Shown: one piece after another, positions 59,464 through 64,000 of the stretch
Numbering within the stretch: the stretch's first letter is position 1
Layout of the letters: each line of letters opens with the position of its first letter
Assembly: GCA_965113315.1 (NCBI GenBank)
Contig: OZ220373.1
DNA length: 64,000 nucleotides
Source: Podarcis vaucheri
Lineage: Eukaryota
Strand: one strand, 5' to 3'
Program-made: the position numbers and the translations under genes
The notes under the pieces: generated by a model
The model's database searches: none
What the model was told of the DNA's origin: nothing
Seen by the model: only the letters and a program-made list of their open reading frames with translations

Positions 59464-61778
59464 TAATTGTAAAATAATTTACAATTGGCATCCTCAGTGA
59501 AGTAAATTTGTAGCTTTCCTGTGTGTATTTTTCTTATACTGTTGCTAAGTGTAAAACAGCTGATTTTCATGCCAAAGGCCCCCTTTCAATCCCTGCTATC
59601 TTGAGGTACAGCTAGGTGAGACTTCTGTCTGAAACATTGCAGAGTTGATGCCAGTTATATACTGAGGTAGATGAACTAATGGTCTGACTTGGTATAAAGC
59701 CTTTTCCTAGGTCGGTTCAGACTTGTGTAAGAGGTAGGCAGCCTTGCCCCTCTTTCCAGCTCAACCTTTAAACTTGTTTATGTCCCACGAAAACCAGAGG
59801 GGCTTCTGTGTAATGTTTAAGCATCTCTAGATAGTGACATTTGCCATTTCCCACCTATGAATCACCTCTAGTCTGGTTTAAATACCTATCCCTAGTAAGC
59901 ACATATAGTATAAATATAACTGAAGCACTTTCATTCAGCATAGCTGTGCATGAGTACATCTGGAGAGTCATATAGCCACACATGACATGCAGAATCCTAA
60001 GAATCGCTTCACATTTTTTCACATGTTTTGTTTTTAAAGTAGGCTGCTGTCTACTTTAAAACACCTTTCCTGTGGAATTTCCCTGTATCTTAAGGTGATC
60101 GTTTCTATAGCACTTCTCATTGTTTAAAGTGATTCCTGTCCTCTATGTTTATCATCTCAGAACTTTAAACTCCCACCCAGCCAGGGAAGGTGACTACAAT
60201 TTTAGTGTCCCACAACCAGGACTTTGTCCACTGAGCAACTAATGTTGGAAGAGCAGTGCGTTTGTTTGAGACTGGGGGACAGGACAGGGGACATGTGGAC
60301 AGAATTATTTAGCATTGTTCCACTTCTCTCTGAAAAAAAGTACCCGTATTGCTTTGTAAGCATTACATTTTTCTGCACCCGATTTTAAACTGTAAGAAGC
60401 ACCCTTGACCATTTTAAAGAGCACAGTCATTGTGGAGAAACATTTTATCAAGTGGGCAGTACTGGCATAGAAGGCTCAAAATCCAGAAGGTGGTCCCCAA
60501 ACCAGTGGACATTTCTTTGGACAGAAATGATACTCACAGTAAAACTGTACGGTATTAAAGCCTATGAAATCTGACCATGGAAGCCAAATATCTAAAAGGT
60601 TAGCTAAAGAAATAGATAAATAGATAAAGAAAAATATTAATGTAGCCACAGAAAGACATGAGTCGGGATGCAGACCCATGTTAACTATTTGATAGAATAT
60701 GAAGATTAAGTCCTGATATGGTCTAAATAGGATATAGTCTAAATTTGTCTGCCGTATACACATTTTGAAGCCCTACTTAACCTCCCGCCGTCATTATTAT
60801 TGTGAATGTGAGCAACTGGCATCAACCCTTGAAACAGAGTAATAATAATTTAGGCTGAGATAACATTCCATATACTGAGTTATATGTTTGAGCAGTTGGG
60901 TACAGTTCTGAGTCATTCTGCTTCTGGCCTTCTGTCAGGCTCCAGTTCTTTTTCCTAGTACTGCTATTGTCCATACTTGGCTTGGTAGTGATGGAATGAG
61001 GGAGATCAACCTTCATGGCACCTGGAAGTTTGTGGTCTCACTTTAATGAGGAAAGGGGAACTGATCTATTTGCTTACTATTGTGCGCTGATCTGAAAGCC
61101 TTGCAAGAAGGAGGCCTTTGCTTCTTACTGCTGTTGATGGAGAGGAATTTGGATCAGCTCCCAGACTTCAATATCAGTGGGAGGTGTGTGTGTGCCCAAA
61201 CTACTTGAGTGAATGGTCATTTCTGCCACTGTTCTGATTCCTGATAAATGGGAAGAATTTTCCCTCCTGGGCCCAGTGCTGCTTCACACCACTGGTACAT
61301 CACTAAATTGCTAGCAAGAAACCTTGGGCTGGAACTCCGTAGTGTACCCAAATGTGCTCTTTAGTTGGACCTTATGTTTGAAGCAAAGCATGTCTTAACA
61401 GAAGTCCCCAAGAGGCTAATTTCTTGACTCTTCAGCACAGCTTGACCCTCTCTGGGAAGTATTGTGTGGGGGGGGGGAGCCTGAAATTTGTTGGGAAAGT
61501 GTTACGCCCCAACTGAGTTGCCAGTTTAAAATAAAGGGGTTCAGTAAACTTATTGATTTCTTCTATATAACCAGCAAGATCCTTTGCACTCTCCCATGGT
61601 TGTTTCAAATTCTCCATAAAGTACCGTAATTTTGCTACTATGTCACTGCCAAACCTGTTCATTTGTTCTGTGTGTTCTCCTGCAGGTTGCTTTCCTCCTG
61701 AAGCCCTTGGCTAATTTGCGCTGTCCGCTAGACTCTGTGATCCATGCTTTGAGACCAGGAGAGACTTAGAATTTTGAA

Positions 61779-62502
61779 ATGAAGATGGAGGCAGCAGACA
61801 AAGTAGAAGAACTCATTGACCCAGAGGTTCCATCAAAACTCCCAGAAAAACAAGAAGCAGCTCTGTGTGAAGAGGGACCTGTAGAACTAGAAATGCGTGC
61901 CCAGAAAGAGAGCGGAGCTGCTGTGGAGGATTCGACAGTGCTTGCCTCAATGCCATGCTTGCTGATGGAACTGAGACGAGACTCGTCAGAATCTCAGCTA
62001 GCATCAACAGAGAGTGACAAACCAACAGCTGGCCGTGTTTATGAGAGTGACTCTTCCAACCATTGCATGCTGTCCCCTTCTTCCAGTGGGCACTTGGCTG
62101 ATTCAGACACTCTGTCTTCCGCAGAAGAGAACGAGCCCAGCCAAGCTGAAGCAACTATAGAAGGAGATGCTTCTGCGGTATCAGGGTCTACTGTTGGGAG
62201 GAAATCCAGGCGGTCAAGGTCGGAGAGTGAAACCTCAACAATGGCTGCAAAGAAAAACCGGCAGTCTAGTGATAAGCAGAATGGTCGTGTCGCTAAGGTC
62301 AAAGGTCATCGGAGCCAAAAGCACAAAGAGAGAATTCGGTTATTGAGGCAGAAACGGGAGGCAGCTGCCCGCAAGAAATACAACCTGCTGCAGGACAGCA
62401 GTACCAGTGATAGTGACCTGACCTGTGACTCAAGCACGAGTTCATCAGATGATGATGAAGAAGTTTCAGGGAGCAGCAAGACAATCACTGCAGAGATACC
62501 AG
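61779..62502 (+). CDS. ARK2N: ARK2N / C18orf25 (Arkadia N-terminal-like) first coding exon; exon 61686-62502; gene continues beyond the window
   Basis: [12 protein letters not shown]...[25 protein letters not shown]...[32 protein letters not shown]...TITAEIP closely matches mammalian C18orf25. Acceptor CAG ends at 61685; donor CAG|GTAGA at 62502. Synteny fits. Confidence 0.97.
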
Positions 62503-64000
62503 GTAGAGGATGTTTTTTAAACTGAACTGGTAAAGCTCCTACCGTCATTTCTCAGCTGTCCTGCTAAATTTAGAGGAGCGACACTTGAGAAAATAGAAAT
62601 AATAAACTAGGAGAACTGCAACTCTATGTAAATTTGAGGGCTGCAGTATGTGAAATGTTTTAAAGTTGGGTCCTGGGGTTTTTGAATGTTCTTATTTGCA
62701 GAATTGAAAATTTAAAAAACTGGTAATGGTGAGTTGAGTTCCAGACCCTGCTTTTCTGCCCCCACTAGTTAACATCAGTGTGGCTTAGACAGATATATTT
62801 AAAACAGCCTAGTTTGAAGCTATTTTATTACAAATGGATTATTCTTTTAAAATGCTGCAACTGTTCCTGTATCTGCATCTGAAACACCATGGGGCATAGT
62901 TTTGCTGTTGGAGAAGGCCACGTTCTCTCCAATACTGAATTTAACGGTGCACTTTCCAACTTCATTTTAGTGCATGATAAACTGGTTCAGCTTCGTTGTG
63001 TGTTACAATTAGGTGAGCTGGTTACTTCAGAACCTATATGAGGAATATTTTGCACATTGATTGCAAATTAATAGCCTCCGCACTACCCCTCAGTTTCAGA
63101 AGCCAGAGGGTTTCAATGTCCTCTGTTGCATGGATTGCACAATTACTAATATCATTTTTCCTGCTGCATCCATATTGTGTGACTGAGAGGTGAAATATCT
63201 TGGCCATTCTTACGATCAAATACTGGAAGGTGCATTTTGGACAGCTTTCCATTTGTTTAAGGCCTGCATTATTCCTTTATCCCAAATAGCATGAGGAGGA
63301 ATATGTATCTTCTACTTGACATATGGTAATCAAAATAACTGCATTTTATAGCAACCTTAAAATAAAATACTATTTAAAAAGCTTTTGGTTTGCCGATCTT
63401 TTATGGGTGAACATAACATTTGTTTCTTTGCATGAGAGAGATAAGTTTTGTAATTAAAACCTGTGTCCTCAGTAAAGCTATTTATGTATGATGTGGGAAG
63501 ACTTAAAAGGAAAACTACAATGCTGTGTGTGCAGCTTGACCCTTCAAGTATTCTTTCTGCCAGTGGTAACCTTTTAAAGTTTGATGGATTCTGCCTTTGC
63601 ACAGCACTTTGGGTTTTACAGTTGCTTATGGATGTAGTCTGCCAGGGCTTTTAGTTGCCCAGCCTCCATGGATATCATGAGCTTTCTGCCCAAACCCGTT
63701 AAAATAAATGGAAGTTGCACTGCAGCAGTGCCTAGTGAGATGCCATATCAGTGAACAAACTAAGGCTTTGCTCTGGACATAGCGTTTTTTTAAAAAAAGA
63801 TTGTTTACAATCTTAGGTGTAAGGGACTAATCCCAAGCAGACTGGCTCTGTTGCTGGACTGTACCATTTCATACTATGGACATGGCATAGTTTTCCACAT
63901 AAAATGCTGGCTACATATAAAAAACCGGCATACTGGGAAGAAGGGCCATAGCTCATGGGTAGAAGATCTGTTTTGCATGCAGAAGGTCCCAGATTCAATC

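Noticed and set aside
63942-64000. tRNA-Ala(TGC)-like sequence at the window end
   Set aside because: Disrupted D-arm, and it matches the head of a SINE family seen elsewhere in the window; not a tRNA gene.

Overview
Vertebrate (non-microbial) genomic DNA, most likely from a lacertid lizard, judged from the Podarcis-type Sauria SINEs, BovB with (CAA)n tails and reptile CR1/L2/Penelope fragments. It holds the conserved amniote block ATP5F1A(-) / HAUS1(+) / ARK2N=C18orf25(+). ATP5F1A is complete: 12 coding exons, 1662 nt, 553 aa, all GT-AG. HAUS1 is complete: 9 coding exons, 293 aa. ARK2N is partial: a putative non-coding exon 1, a ~22.5-kb intron and coding exon 2. Each gene has a CpG-island promoter. 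The rest is transposon-rich: about 15 TA-flanked Tc1/mariner-type MITEs, hAT MITEs, Tc2-like elements, Sauria SINEs, BovB/CR1/L1/L2 fragments, two solo LTRs and a rearranged Penelope-like insertion. There are two assembly gaps. Almost all ORF-track entries are spurious. I see no evidence for a wholly new multi-gene system. The best leads are: (1) tandem minimal hammerhead-ribozyme motifs in the Penelope insertion (3.7-4.4 kb); (2) an intron-read-through/intronic-polyA ARK2N isoform ending in a CaaX-like GRGCFLN; (3) a solo LTR whose U3 is one uninterrupted reading frame; (4) a split, internally deleted BovB insertion; (5) ZNF143-type motifs shared between promoters and a palindromic hAT MITE. 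TE family names come from recalled consensus features and need Dfam/Repbase confirmation.
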